Shown here one piece after another: positions 50,200 through 61,800 of a DNA stretch of 64,000 nucleotides. The position numbers and the translations under genes are program-made. Origin of the DNA: Chiloscyllium plagiosum (Eukaryota); assembly GCF_004010195.1 (NCBI RefSeq), contig NC_057753.1:3689514-3753513 (forward strand), read 5' to 3'. The notes beneath the pieces were generated by a model, which was not told the origin of the DNA, ran no database searches, and was given only the letters and a program-made list of their open reading frames with translations. How positions within the stretch are numbered: position 1 is the stretch's first letter; every line of letters starts with the position of its first letter.

Positions 50200-50549
50200 C
50201 TTCTGTTCCCTAGATGCTGCCTGACCTGCTGTGCTGTTCCAGCAATAAAGTTTCAGCTTTGATCTCCAGCGTCTGCAGACCTCACTTTCTCCTCGAAGAA
50301 TGCCTCACCTGTCAACTCCCCTTGAAAATTCCTTATGGATTCAGGGTTCTCCACACCTTCAGGTGGAATGTTCCAACTGAATGGGAGAGAGTGGAGAATT
50401 GAAATAACAAGTCACTGTAACGTCAGGATGCAGCTTATGGACTGAACAGAGGTTGTGACCATTCAGTCTGTGTTTGTTGGTTACAGTGTCAAGCAGATCA
50501 CACCACAGTGAATACAGTAACTGATTTGCCAGAGGTATGTGAAAATCAC

Positions 50550-50805
50550 GCTTAAAAATCACATAACATCAGGGGATAGTCCAACAGGTTTATTTGGGAG
50601 CACTAGATTTCGGAGCGCTCCTCCTTTTTCATCAGGGCACAACCACCTGATGAAGGAGCGCCTTTTTCATCAGGGCACAACCACCTGATGAAGGAGCGTT
50701 GCTCCGAAAGCTAGTGTGCTTCCAATTAAACCTGTTGGACTATAACCTGGTGTTGTGTGATTTTTAACTTTGTCCACCCCAGTCCAACACCGGCCCCTCC
50801 AAATC
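50550..50805 (+). mobile_element. Palindromic PLE family C mini-element
   Basis: 11-bp TSD gtgaaaatcac (50539-50549, 50806-50816); intact hammerhead at 50682-50716; internal 38-bp tandem duplication. Confidence 0.88.
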
Positions 50806-50879
50806 GTGAAAATCACTGCTTCCATCTTTCAAACTTCGAGAAAAGCATTTTCCTCGTACTGGCCAGACAGGTTGACACC

Positions 50880-50972
50880 GTCGAGAGTGTGATGCTGGAA
50901 AAGCACAGCAGCTCAGGCAGCTTCCGAGGAGCAGGAGAGTCGACGTTTTGGGCAAGAGCCCTTCATCAGGAA
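50880..50972 (-). mobile_element. PLE family B tail, hammerhead core mutated
   Basis: Similar to the other family B copies; GAAA changed to AAAA. Confidence 0.75.
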
Positions 50973-51164
50973 GGAGGAAGATTTACACCTTTGCTCAGCT
51001 CAGTTTCAAAACCGGCTTTTGCGTTTTGTTTGACGCTTTTTTTTTCTTCTGAATTTATCGACAGGGTATTGGAAAGGGAAGACTTGCGGTTCTGAAACTG
51101 AAACCAACGATCACCCTGGGATCTGACAGAGATATTGCACCCTCCGTGTAATCTGACTGTGCAC

Positions 51165-52460
51165 ATGAATGAAAACAACACGGACCCCGGTGGGGAGAAA
51201 CCATACACATGCGCTGTGTGTTTCCGAAGTTTCAGCCAATCGGCTGGCCTGTTAAGACACAAGTGGAGCTGCGATGGAGAGAAGCAGTGCAAATGCGGAG
51301 ACTGTGGGAAGGGATTCAATTACCTGTCTGAGTTGGAAACTCATCAACGCAGTCACACCGGGGAGAGGCCGTTCCCCTGCGCTGAATGTGGGAAAGGATT
51401 CACTCGGACCTCCGAACTGCTGAGGCATCAACGGGTCCACACTGACGAGAGACCTTTTAAATGCTCGGATTGTGGAAAGTTCTACAAAAGCTCTGGGGAG
51501 CTGACCTCCCATCAATTTGTTCACACCGACGAGACGCCGTTCAGATGTTCTCAGTGTGGGACTGGGTTCAGAAAATTGGATTACCTTCACCGACACCAGC
51601 GCATTCACGGGGAGAGGCCGTTCCCCTGCCCTGAATGTGGCAAGGGATTCACTAACACATCCCGCCTGCTCATACACCAGCGTGTCCACACTGGGGAGAG
51701 ACCATTCACCTGCTCTGAGTGTGGGAAGGGTTTCACTCAGTCTTCTCACCTTCTGGAACACCGTCGAGTTCACACCGATGACAGACCTTTTAAATGTCCA
51801 GACTGCAGCAAGTGCTTTAAAAGTTCCGGGGAACTAATATCCCACCAACGTATTCACACTGACGAGAGACCGTTCAGGTGCTCTCACTGCGGGACTGGCT
51901 TCAGGCAATCATCTCAACTCACTGCCCACCAGCGAGTCCACACTGGAGAGAGGCCGTACAGCTGTCCCAAGTGTGGGAAGGGATTCACTCACTCATCCCA
52001 CCTGCTGACACACCAGCGAGTTCACACCGGGGAGAAACCATTCGCCTGCTCTGTGTGTGGAAAGCGATTCAGTCACTCGTCCACCCTGCTGACGCACCAG
52101 CGAGTACACACTGGGGAGAGGCCTTTCACCTGCACCAAGTGCGGGATTGGATTCACTCAGTTATCTGCCCTGCAGACCCACCAACGGGTTCACAGTGGCG
52201 AGAGGCCTTTCAAATGTCCCGATTGTGGGAAGTGTTATAAAAGTTCCCAGGGGCTGACATCCCACCAAAGTGTTCACACGGGGGAGTGGCCCTTCGCCTG
52301 CTCCGAGTGTGGGAAGGGCTTCAGTCAGCTTTCCGGCCTGGTGACACACCAGCAGGTTCACACTGGGGAGAGACCATTCACTTGCACCATTTGTGGAAAG
52401 GGATTCACCCGATCGTCCAACTTACTGAGGCACCGAGGAGTTCACAAGTCACTGCAGTGA
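51165..52460 (+). CDS. Tandem C2H2 (Krueppel-type) zinc-finger protein, 15 fingers, about 431 aa, no KRAB/SCAN/BTB domain
   Basis: Intact ORF with 14 canonical CxxC...HxxxH fingers, one N-terminal C2HC finger and TGERP linkers. Acceptor tttcttctgaatttatcgacag ends at 51064; the first ATG of the exon is at 51165. Confidence 0.93.
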   Translation: MNENNTDPGGEKPYTCAVCFRSFSQSAGLLRHKWSCDGEKQCKCGDCGKGFNYLSELETHQRSHTGERPFPCAECGKGFTRTSELLRHQRVHTDERPFKCSDCGKFYKSSGELTSHQFVHTDETPFRCSQCGTGFRKLDYLHRHQRIHGERPFPCPECGKGFTNTSRLLIHQRVHTGERPFTCSECGKGFTQSSHLLEHRRVHTDDRPFKCPDCSKCFKSSGELISHQRIHTDERPFRCSHCGTGFRQSSQLTAHQRVHTGERPYSCPKCGKGFTHSSHLLTHQRVHTGEKPFACSVCGKRFSHSSTLLTHQRVHTGERPFTCTKCGIGFTQLSALQTHQRVHSGERPFKCPDCGKCYKSSQGLTSHQSVHTGEWPFACSECGKGFSQLSGLVTHQQVHTGERPFTCTICGKGFTRSSNLLRHRGVHKSLQ

Positions 52461-52914
52461 TTGGGTTTTTCAGTTGCATCTGGGACCGAACTATATTCAC
52501 TGCGGTCACCTTCAGTCCAGTAATAGATTTTAGTACACCTGGACAAAAATCAAAGAAACCAGTTGTGTTCAACACAATTTGTCAGTTCTGTATACCTCTC
52601 ACCCGAGTTGGTTCTTCTGAAAGTAGTCTCCCTCTGTCCTGTCTCTCCATCCTGACCTCAAACAATAAGCGTGAGGGGCAGATTGGAGCTTCTTTGTCAC
52701 TAAGACTGTGACAATCTGATCAGCTGCATGTGCTGCTCCCCTCCCTCCCCCTAGTCCATTGGGCCGCACCATCTAGCATCTTGCTCCTTGTCTAAATGCA
52801 GAACCTGCACTTTTCTGTGCTGAGCTTCACCTTTTCTTAAAAAAAAAACCAAAAAAAAAACACTGCTGCTATCCATTTAATGGCACTCAGCCAATTTTGT
52901 GTCCATGTTGTTGC

Positions 52915-53090
52915 TGGAAGTAATGGAGGCTGGTACAATTACAATGTTTAAAAGGCATCTGGATGGATGTATGAATAGGGAGGGTTGTGGGCCAAGTGCT
53001 AGCAAGTGGGACTAGATTAATTTAGAATATCTGGTCAGCGGAGTCGAATTGGACTGGAGAGTCTATTTCTGTGCTGTATGTCTCTATGAC
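52915..53090 (+). mobile_element. CR1 3' end fragment
   Basis: gaggctggtacaattacaatgtttaaaaggcatctggat...ctctatgact. Confidence 0.8.
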
Positions 53091-53289
53091 TGCACTATTG
53101 CTCACAAGCCTGCTGTGTGGTACTTTATCAAATGCTTGCAGGAAGTCCACGTAACCCTATGATCATCATTTACCCTTTCCTTTACCTCAAGAAGACAGCA
53201 AATATTTTAGTTGAACTTGATTTCTTTTTCTTGAGATCTGTTTTCTTTAATCATCCTCTTTTTTTTTCCCCAATTTGTCATTGTAAGTA

Positions 53290-53600
53290 CAGGTACACAA
53301 TCCTTTATCCAAAATCTTTGGGGCCAGTTGTTTTTCGGAATTGGGACTTTTTCAGAATAAATGCCATTTTCAACGGTGAAATTTAAAAAAAACTTTATTG
53401 AACAGCAGACGCACGTGTGATTACTATGAGCGCTGCGACACAGTTGACGCCTGCCAATGCTGGGCCACGCCACCACATCACGTCTGAGTGATATGGTTCA
53501 CATGGGTGTGGTGTCGGTCACCTGTTTACGCGCCAAAATGACATTCCACGGAAAACATTTCGGAGCTTTTCAGAATTTCAGATAAAGGATTGTGTACTTG
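53290..53600. mobile_element. Non-autonomous Tc1/mariner-pogo (Tigger-like) MITE
   Basis: TIRs CAGGTACACAATCCTTTATC / GATAAAGGATTGTGTACTTG, each flanked by TA. Confidence 0.85.
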
Positions 53601-54714
53601 TACAAAATAATTTTGAGAGGCTTCCAAACCATCGGGATTAAACTGATTGGCTTGTCGTTGCTCAGCTTATCATTATTTCTTTTTACAAAGGCAAAATGTT
53701 TACAATTCTCGTTTTCTGACAAAAGCACTTTGTCTAAGGAAGGCCGGAAAATAGTGCAGTTGCCTCCTGCTCTTACTTCCCTTTGAAATGTTTCATCTGT
53801 CGTCACTTTAAGTAGGCACCACTTGTTCAAAAGCATCTTTACTTGAATGAAATACTAGTTTAAACAGATGGCAGCAGAACCTTCCTATTAGCACCCACAT
53901 TTTCACTGTACCATACCGTTTTAATTAGTTTATCTCCAATAATTTGGCTTCTATTTCTGCCCTTCTTGTTGCCTCTACTACTTTCCTCACTTCTGTGATT
54001 GTTCACGAGATTTTGTACGTCTGTCATCTCGAGTTCTGATGTGAATTTTGAAATTTGACTATTGAAGTGTGTTTCCTGTTAGATTCTCGGGGAAAATTGC
54101 TTGGTTTTCGATAAACATTTAGCGTAATAAAATTGTGTTATTTTCGTAACAAGTATTGGTGTGGAGAGTTTTTTAATAAATTGTGTGTTTGAGTTGTAGA
54201 TGTTTAAAGTCTTCCACCTCTAACTGTCCCATCTCTGTCCTGTAATTAAAATGATCTGTAGATCGTGCAGTAGTACTCGGCGCATATTTGACCACTATAT
54301 CGATTGACTTCCATCGTGTCATATGTTCACTTTGGCAAATAATCAGACAAAAAATATTATTAATCAAGAGTAAATACAGTTGCTGGTTAGGTGACTACCC
54401 AGAGTTCTCTGAGGCCCAGAAATTGCCAGAAGACAGTGTGGCGGTGGTGGGAAACATTGCGCAGGTGCACAGTCGAGCGTGATGGAAGCATGTACAATGG
54501 GATCTGATCAGGGAGCTCCAGCCTGAGAGGTATGGGGTGAGAAAGCAGGAGGAGAAATGAAGCTGGGTGGTGGTCGGGAAGGCTTACCAAATGTCCGCTG
54601 GAGGCCACAAGCGAGCAAGATGCAGATTGGGCTCCAATTTGACAATTGTTGCATTAACAACTGCCATGTTTATCGAGGGGCAGTGGGGTCTCGAGCTTTC
54701 TAGGGAGCCAGTTG

Positions 54715-55175
54715 CCAAATTACATCGTTGATAATGCACCGTGCGGCTTAAAACACGAGTTTATATGACAGTGGATTGCATATAACATAACTTTCAAACA
54801 ACTTTTCTCCCAATTATGCTCATTTTGCTGCTCGATGCTTTGACTGCCAGACCCTTCTAGTGGCCAAAAAAGCCCGCAACAGACTCTGTGCCCAAATGAA
54901 TGTGGCAAATCAGAGTGACCCTGCAATGGACAAAAAGAGACGTCGCATTATTTTACTATTTGGCATCTTGGGCAGTTTCATCTTGCAATACCTACTGTCT
55001 TTGAAGACAAGCATCTCTGTCTGAATTGTGAAAATTACTTGTTCCCTTAATTCTATCTGTATCCTTTGGAAAACTGGATGTATGCTTCAGTTGGTGACCT
55101 CCTACATCAGTCCCATTTATTTATGCAGGGACCCAGAGTAATTTCTGAGCCAAGTTAAGTACTTGTATAATATAT
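54715..55175 (+). pseudogene. Decayed GPR139-like pseudogene (3' half)
   Basis: NYIVDNAP...FLPIMLILLLDALTAR/VAKKARNRL...SDPAMDKKRRRIILLFGILGSFIL...GCMLQLVTSYISP/FIYAGTQSNF*, collinear with gene A; stops and frameshifts. Confidence 0.85.
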
Positions 55176-56634
55176 GCACTAGGCCCTTAAAGTATTTACA
55201 TTTTGGAAATCAGGCAATATAATGTGAACTTCAGGCAACATTGTATCTGGTGATCCACCTGCCTGTGTCACATATAGCTGACTTCCAAAGTGGATTTGAA
55301 TGTTAGTGTAAATGTAATAATGTCGGAACAGTGGAAATAGGAGATGGCCATTCTGTGCATTAAAGCTGGCTCAATGTTCAATTAATCTTTGATCGACCAT
55401 CTAACCCAACACTGATTCCACCCTATCCCAGTATCCATGCTATTATTACCATTAAGAAAAAAACTGTCGATGTTTGAAGATTCACCATCCTCTCTCACTG
55501 CCTGTGTCTGTTGTGTGTGCGCGACTGTGCTGTCCTTGCTGGGTTGTCAGGTCTAACTACACGCATCACACCAGTTAGTAGATTAATTGGATCGGTGCTA
55601 GTGGATGGTGTGGAGCAACTGTTTCACATGCAATCTTAGCAATTCGTGTTCCCTCCTCGGAGCTGAAGGGAATTGTGCAAACTCGTTGTGAGGATTCCCT
55701 CGTTGCAATTCTGTAAGAGAGAGAGAGATTAATGAAATGGAAACATGTCCAGCTGATGATTCATCGTTTCAGGCTCGATTTCTTAGCTTGTGCACACACT
55801 AAACGGATGCATGTTTTAGTCAGGATGCACCTTTGCCCTATTCCTCGGCTTCTTTACTTTCTGGGATCTGCACTGTTCTCACCATCGATACATTTAATCT
55901 CTCACAATATTGCCCAGCATCAGTGCCTTCTCAGTTCAAGGTGACCATGTAATTAGGGGTCTACTTCTTGGTATTTTGCCACTGGATTTCGTTTCCCTTA
56001 CATCTCCACCATTGCACCCAATAAAAGACATGCATTATGGACCCTTATTACAGTGGATCCAATTGTCAATCATGATGCGACAGAAAAAATGACAGCTTGC
56101 AATTATTTGGAATAAACTGTCGGAGTTTCAGACACCTCAACAGTGGTTTTGGAAGAGATTACAAAGCCTCAGTGAGGACTAACTCCCAAAGTGGCTCTGG
56201 ATTGCACAGTCCCTTCATAATTAGTCTCATTTAAATATTCTGTGGTAAGAGTACAATTCACTGTATCCAAGTGAATCATTACATCCACCGGGTCAGCATC
56301 TAGTAAGGATTTGCCAATTGAAAAAAAATTCTAAGAATAAATCAAATACATGAGACAATCTTTCAATATTTACTGAAGTTTTTTTTTAACTTCCTCCTTT
56401 TCGTTCAAACAGCCCATCTGATAAAAAATGCATGTAATGCACTGTTCCGTAGCTCAGGAATGCTGAGGCATTGAGCAGTGCTATTGAAATGCAAGCTTTG
56501 TATTGCTTCAGTCACTAAAAAATTACAGAATTGAGGAATATAACTGTACTTTCTAATTTCCAAATGCCAGCATTTCTCTCTGTATCTGTTTCCCTCATAT
56601 GGGTCTCCTCTGTATCTATCTTTCTGCACCAAAT

Positions 56635-57440
56635 CTATAAGACCACAGGAGACAAGAGCAGGAATAAGTGATTCAGCCCTTCAAATTTGTTCCCCGTTCA
56701 TTAGGATCATGGCTGATTTGACTTTCCAGCTTCCTGTCCATTTCCCCACACCCCCTCCTTCTCAGGAATCAATCTATCTCAGCCTTAGATATACACAAGG
56801 ATTCTGCCCCACAGCTCTCAGTGGCAAGGGGTTCCAAAGACCAATGGTACTCCAAGATAATAAATTCCTCATCTCATTTAGAAATCGTAGCCCTTAATTC
56901 TAAGACGATGCGCTCTGGTCGTATGCTTTCCTATGAGGGAAAACATCCTCTCAGCATTTACCTTATCAAGCTCCTCAAGAATCTTTTCTGTTTTAGAGTC
57001 ATAGAGATGTACAGCATGGAAACAGACCCTTCGGTCCAACCTGTCCATGACGACCAGATATCCCAACCCAATCTAGTCCCACCTGCCAGCACCTGGCCCA
57101 TATCCCTCCAATCTCTTCCTATTCATATACCCATCCAAATGCCTCTTAAATGTTGCAATTGTACCAGCCTCCACCACATCCTCTGGCAGCTCATTCCAAA
57201 CACGTACCACCTTCTGCATGAAAAAGTTGCTTAGGTCTCTTATATCTTTCCCCTGTCACCCTAAACCTTTGCCCTCTAGTTCTGGACTCCCCGACCCCAG
57301 GGAAAATACTTTGCCTATTTACCCTATCCATGCCCCTCATAATTTTGTAAACCTGTATAAGGTCACCCCTCAGCCTCCAACACTCCAGGGGAAACAGCAC
57401 CAGCCTGTTCAGCCTTTCCCTACGGCTCAAATCCTCCAAA
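56635..57440 (-). mobile_element. CR1-type LINE 3' fragments (two subfamilies)
   Basis: ERLNRLVLFPLECWRLRGDLIQVYKIMRGMDRV; TTRAHRLRIKG. Confidence 0.85.
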
Positions 57441-58424
57441 CCTGTTTTACATCTGTTCTCATTACTAATATGTTCTTCTTCCTTCCTTGTCTGTTTCCCT
57501 CCTCTTGATTGCTCTCGGCAATACAGATTCTTCCATTGCTACTGGTTAATTGCCCCATTCTTTATTTCCAGTTATATTAATGAATTTGAACTTCAATAAG
57601 AAAACAAAGTTTTGCCATGAATTAGCTTAAATTTCAGTGATTTAATAATTTAACACCTATCTAGGATCAGGTGTGCTTTTGTTGGGCAAGAATATTTAAA
57701 TTTATATTTTGACATAAGCTTAATTAATCGTATATCCTGCAGTTGACATTAAAGTCCATAAATTGAGTTATGCAGTTGTAAGACTAAATGAGGTACTTAA
57801 CAAGGCTTCTCATTAAAGGACAACTCGATTACACCCGTAACAGAAAGGAGAAGAAAGAAAACGTTATACAAGGACAAATTTAGGCAGAATGAAAATATGT
57901 CTTCAAGTGGTGAGAGTGCAGTTCTGTTTTGGTGACGTGTGCTTGCTTCCTGAACTGTGATTTCAACTCCTCATTTAAAGATTCCAACCGATCTAAGAAA
58001 ACAATAATCTTTAGCTTTATTTATTGTCTTTGGATGGAATCTCAGTATTCATTTTTCATCTTTCACAAAATGTGAATGCTGATATTGTTCAGAAATATTA
58101 TTAAATCTGTATTACATTCATGCATCTGCATTATGTGATCCCTATGATGTTGCTAAATCACAGTGACAAAACTGGATACTATCAGTGCTACTTAAGTGTT
58201 GATCTTACCTCGACATTCAAGGTATTGGTACCAATGAAGCGATCTCCCCCCCCCCCCCCACCATGACAACTAATTGGAAATTTCAGTCTACACTTTCTTT
58301 TTTTAACATTGCTCTTTCTGAGCATTCTGTAACGTAATAAAGTGAGATACCGGTTGGCCGGTGTTTCACATGTAGCAAATATCCGTGGAGTATGAACTGA
58401 ACATGCATTGAATCTATACTCAGT

Positions 58425-58945
58425 ATGTAAACAGTCCAACCAGGGAAGCTGTTATATTGGACCTGCTTTTGGGAAATGAACCAGGCCAAGTGAGTGAAGT
58501 TTCAGTGGGGAGGATTTCAGGGAGTAGTGACCATCATACCATGAGTTTTAAGATACTCATGGATTGTCCTCGGTTGAAGGTGTTTAATTGGGGGAATGTG
58601 AACTACAATATTGGGCAGGAACTGGAGGATTTTGACTGGAGGTGGCTGTTTGGGGGTAAATCCACATCGGTTATTTTGGAGTATTTCAAACAGCCGTTGA
58701 TAAGAGTTCAGGAGCAGCATGTTCCCGTGAAAATGAAGGATAAATATGGCAAGTTACGTGAACCTTAGATGAGCAGGGACGTTTGTCGAAAAGGGAAAGG
58801 AAGCAAAACATAAGGTCCAGGAGGATGGGAACTGATGAAGCCCTGAAGTACATAAGAAAGTAGGAAAGAACTTAAACAAGGAATTGGAAGGGCTAAAAAG
58901 GGTCATGAAAAGATATTAGTAAACAGAATTAAGGAGAATCCCAAC
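58425..58945 (+). mobile_element. CR1 ORF2 internal fragment
   Basis: LDLLLGNEPGQVSEVSVG...SSDHH. Confidence 0.8.
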
Positions 58946-59208
58946 AAGTCCACAACAATCTCCGAAGAGTAACCCACCCTATATTTACCCCTGACTAATG
59001 CACCGAACCCACACATCCCTGAATACTATAGACAGTTTAGCACGGCCAACTCACCCGAACCTGCACATCTTTGGATTGTGGAAGAAAACCAGAGCAACCC
59101 AGAGGAAACCCATGCAACACATGGGGAGAATGTATACACTACACACAGACAATCGCCCGAGGCTGGAATCGAACCTGGGTCCCTGGTGCAGTGAGGCAGC
59201 AGTGCTAA
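58945..59208 (-). mobile_element. HE1-type SINE
   Basis: ttagcactgctgcctcactgcaccagggacccaggttcgattcc on the minus strand. Confidence 0.85.
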
Positions 59209-59849
59209 TGTTATGGTTGATAGGAATGAGCAGGACACAGAGAATTTCTCAAGATGAGAAGCCTTTGTTTGCAAATAAGAGCTGTGACCATCAGTGCAGA
59301 CAACCCTGAAAAGCCTGCGAATTGTGAATTTCCAGAATTTGAAAGTACCCCTAATTTTTGACGACTGCAGTCAATACTTTTTAATACACAAATAATGCTT
59401 TACCTTTTCTGACTTCTACTTGCTGTTCCTAATAGTGACAACATCCATCATTTCTTTGTTGTTTAATACAAACATCAGAACTTTATTTTGAATACTGAAA
59501 GTTGATATTATGACCTGAATGGGATTTGAGAGTGTAACAAATACAGTTTCATCTTCAGGTGAAAATGTATAATGTTAAAGATAGTTAGAATAGCAAGTTC
59601 TAATTTTAGATACAGATACTCCTGAGTGAGCTGGTTTCGACTATTGTAACTATGATTTTTCAGCATTTGAGTCTAACTTGATCTCACTTGTTTTGCCTTA
59701 AAGTTGCCTTCAGTCTTGCAGAAAGGTAAACTTGAAGTAACTTTTACACCCTTTTGTTCTTGCATCATCAATCTATCTGTACAATTGTGAATCCGAAACT
59801 TACTTCATAATGCACCTTAAACTTAAGGAGGGAAAGGAAGGAATGGTTG

Positions 59850-61085
59850 GGGATGGTTAACATGGTTTTGTGTGTGGGAAATCACGTTTCACTAACTTGC
59901 TTGAGATTTTGAAAAGGTGACGAAGATGATTGATGAAGGTGTTGTTGGACAAGTAAAGCATTCAACAAGGTTCTACATGGTAGACTGGTTAACAAGGTTA
60001 GATCACATGCAATACAGGGAGAAGTAGCTATTTGGATAAAAGAAATGAGCTAAAAGGTAGGAGCCAGGGGTGCAGCGGAGTGTTGCTTTTCAGACTGGAG
60101 GCCTGTGACCACTGGTGTCTCGCAGGGTTGGGTGCTGAGTCTGCTGCTTTTTGTCATTTATATAAATGATTTGGATGTGAATATAAGAATATGGTTACTA
60201 AATTTGCAGATGACACCAATTTTGGTGGTGTAGTGGACATTGAAGGAGATTACCTCAGACTACAGCACCTTGATCAAGTGGGCCGATGGGCCAAGGAATG
60301 ACAAATGGAGATTAACTGAGATAAATGTGAGGTGCTACGTTTTGCTAGGCAAGACGTTTGGGGGCCTGGGGAGTGTTGCCGAGCAAAGCGAGCTTAGAGG
60401 ACAGGTTCATAGTTCCTTGAAAGTGGAGTTACAAGTAGACAGGATACTAAAAGTGGTGTTTGGTATGCATGATCAGTGCATTGAGTATAAGGGTTGGGAG
60501 GTCATGTTGTGGTTATACAGGACATTGGTGAGGCCACTTTTGCAATGCTGTGTTCAATTCTGGCCTCCCTGCTGTAAGAAGGATGTTGTGAACCTTGAAA
60601 GGGTTCAGAAAAGATTTATGAGCATGTTGCCAGGGCTGGAGGGTTTGGGCTACAGGGAGAGGCTGAAGAGACTAGGGCTATTTTCCCTGCAGTGTCAGAG
60701 GCTATGGGATGACCTTCACAGAAGTTTATAAAGTCATGAGGGGCATGGATAGGGTGAATAGCCAAGGTCTTTTCCCCAGGGTGGAGGAGTCCAAAACGAG
60801 AAGCATAGGTTTAAGGTGAGATGGGAAAGATTTAAAAGTGACCTTAAGGGGCACCTTTCTCATGCGGAGGGTGGTACATGTTTGGAATGAGCTGCCAGAG
60901 GATGTGGTGGAGGCTGGTACAATTACAACATTTAAAAAGTACCTGGATAGGTATATGAATTGGAAGGGTTTAGAGGGAAATGGGCCACGTGCTGGCAAAT
61001 GAGAAGATTAATTTAGAATATCTGGTCTGCACGAGGAAGATGGATCAAATGGCCTGTTTCTGTGCTGTTCTGTGTGACTGTATGA
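59850..61085 (+). mobile_element. CR1/HER1-type LINE, 3' half
   Basis: KFADDT; YRTLVRPLLQCCVQFWPP...LERVQKRF. Confidence 0.88.
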
Positions 61086-61449
61086 CGGTGAGAATACTGT
61101 AGTGTTTATGCTGTTCTAAAAGCCACACTCTATCCCTGTTACATTAGCATAACCAATCACACTAAGCCTACATTATTTCCCCTTAACCAATCAGACTCTG
61201 CCACAATTGGATTGCTGCAGCTCATCACATTGGGCCGTGGTTATCTTTCTTCACCTTTTGTCACCTGACAGGCCGCAGTCACGCAAGGCTGACTCGAGCA
61301 CGTAACCCAGACCTTACACTCACGCAGCATCCCAACATATTTTACTTTGCAGTTATATATTCATATTTACCACACTAACCACAGAGCCACCATGCCGCCC
61401 CCTCACCCACTGAGCCACCGTGTCGCCTCTTATTCCTTCGGCATTTCTC

Positions 61450-61800
61450 CCAGGTGGGGGTATGCCGGGTGGTTTCGGCACCCCAAGTCACATACATGGG
61501 CTACAGAGTCGCAAAGACCGGGTTACAGCTGTTGGAAGATAAAATGAGGGCAATCGAAGGTGCCCCGACTCTCATGGCCGTACCAGAGTTAAGTCTTTCG
61601 TCGGTGAACTGTTATGGGAAGTTCATACTCGTTACACAGTGTTAATCACAACTAATAGGCCATTGTTTACCAGCAGACAATTTGAGTATTTCCTAAAGCT
61701 GAATGGTATTCGCTATATAAGGACAGCTCCATATCATCCTTCTATCCTTCATTCATGGTCTGGCAGTCGAGCAGCCCAAACTCTGAAGGCAGATTACCAG
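61450..61800 (+). mobile_element. Internally deleted Gypsy pol fragment
   Basis: PQVTYMGYRV...DKMRAI then TNRPLFTSRQFEYFLKLNGIRYIRTAPYHPS; related to the 32-36 kb element. Confidence 0.75.

Larger units (their letters stand above)
49891..50296. mobile_element. Palindromic PLE family B mini-element with one hammerhead on each strand
   Basis: 14-bp TSD agaatgcctcacct (49877-49890, 50297-50310); near-perfect inverted arms of about 148 bp. Confidence 0.9.

Noticed and set aside
51252..52711. Alternative-frame and antisense ORFs over the ZNF gene
   Set aside because: Shadow ORFs typical of repetitive zinc-finger coding sequence.
54440..54640. Second ZNF-type promoter (gcgcaggtgca motif shared with about 42987)
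   Set aside because: An 11-nt match only, with low CpG density and no CCAAT cluster.
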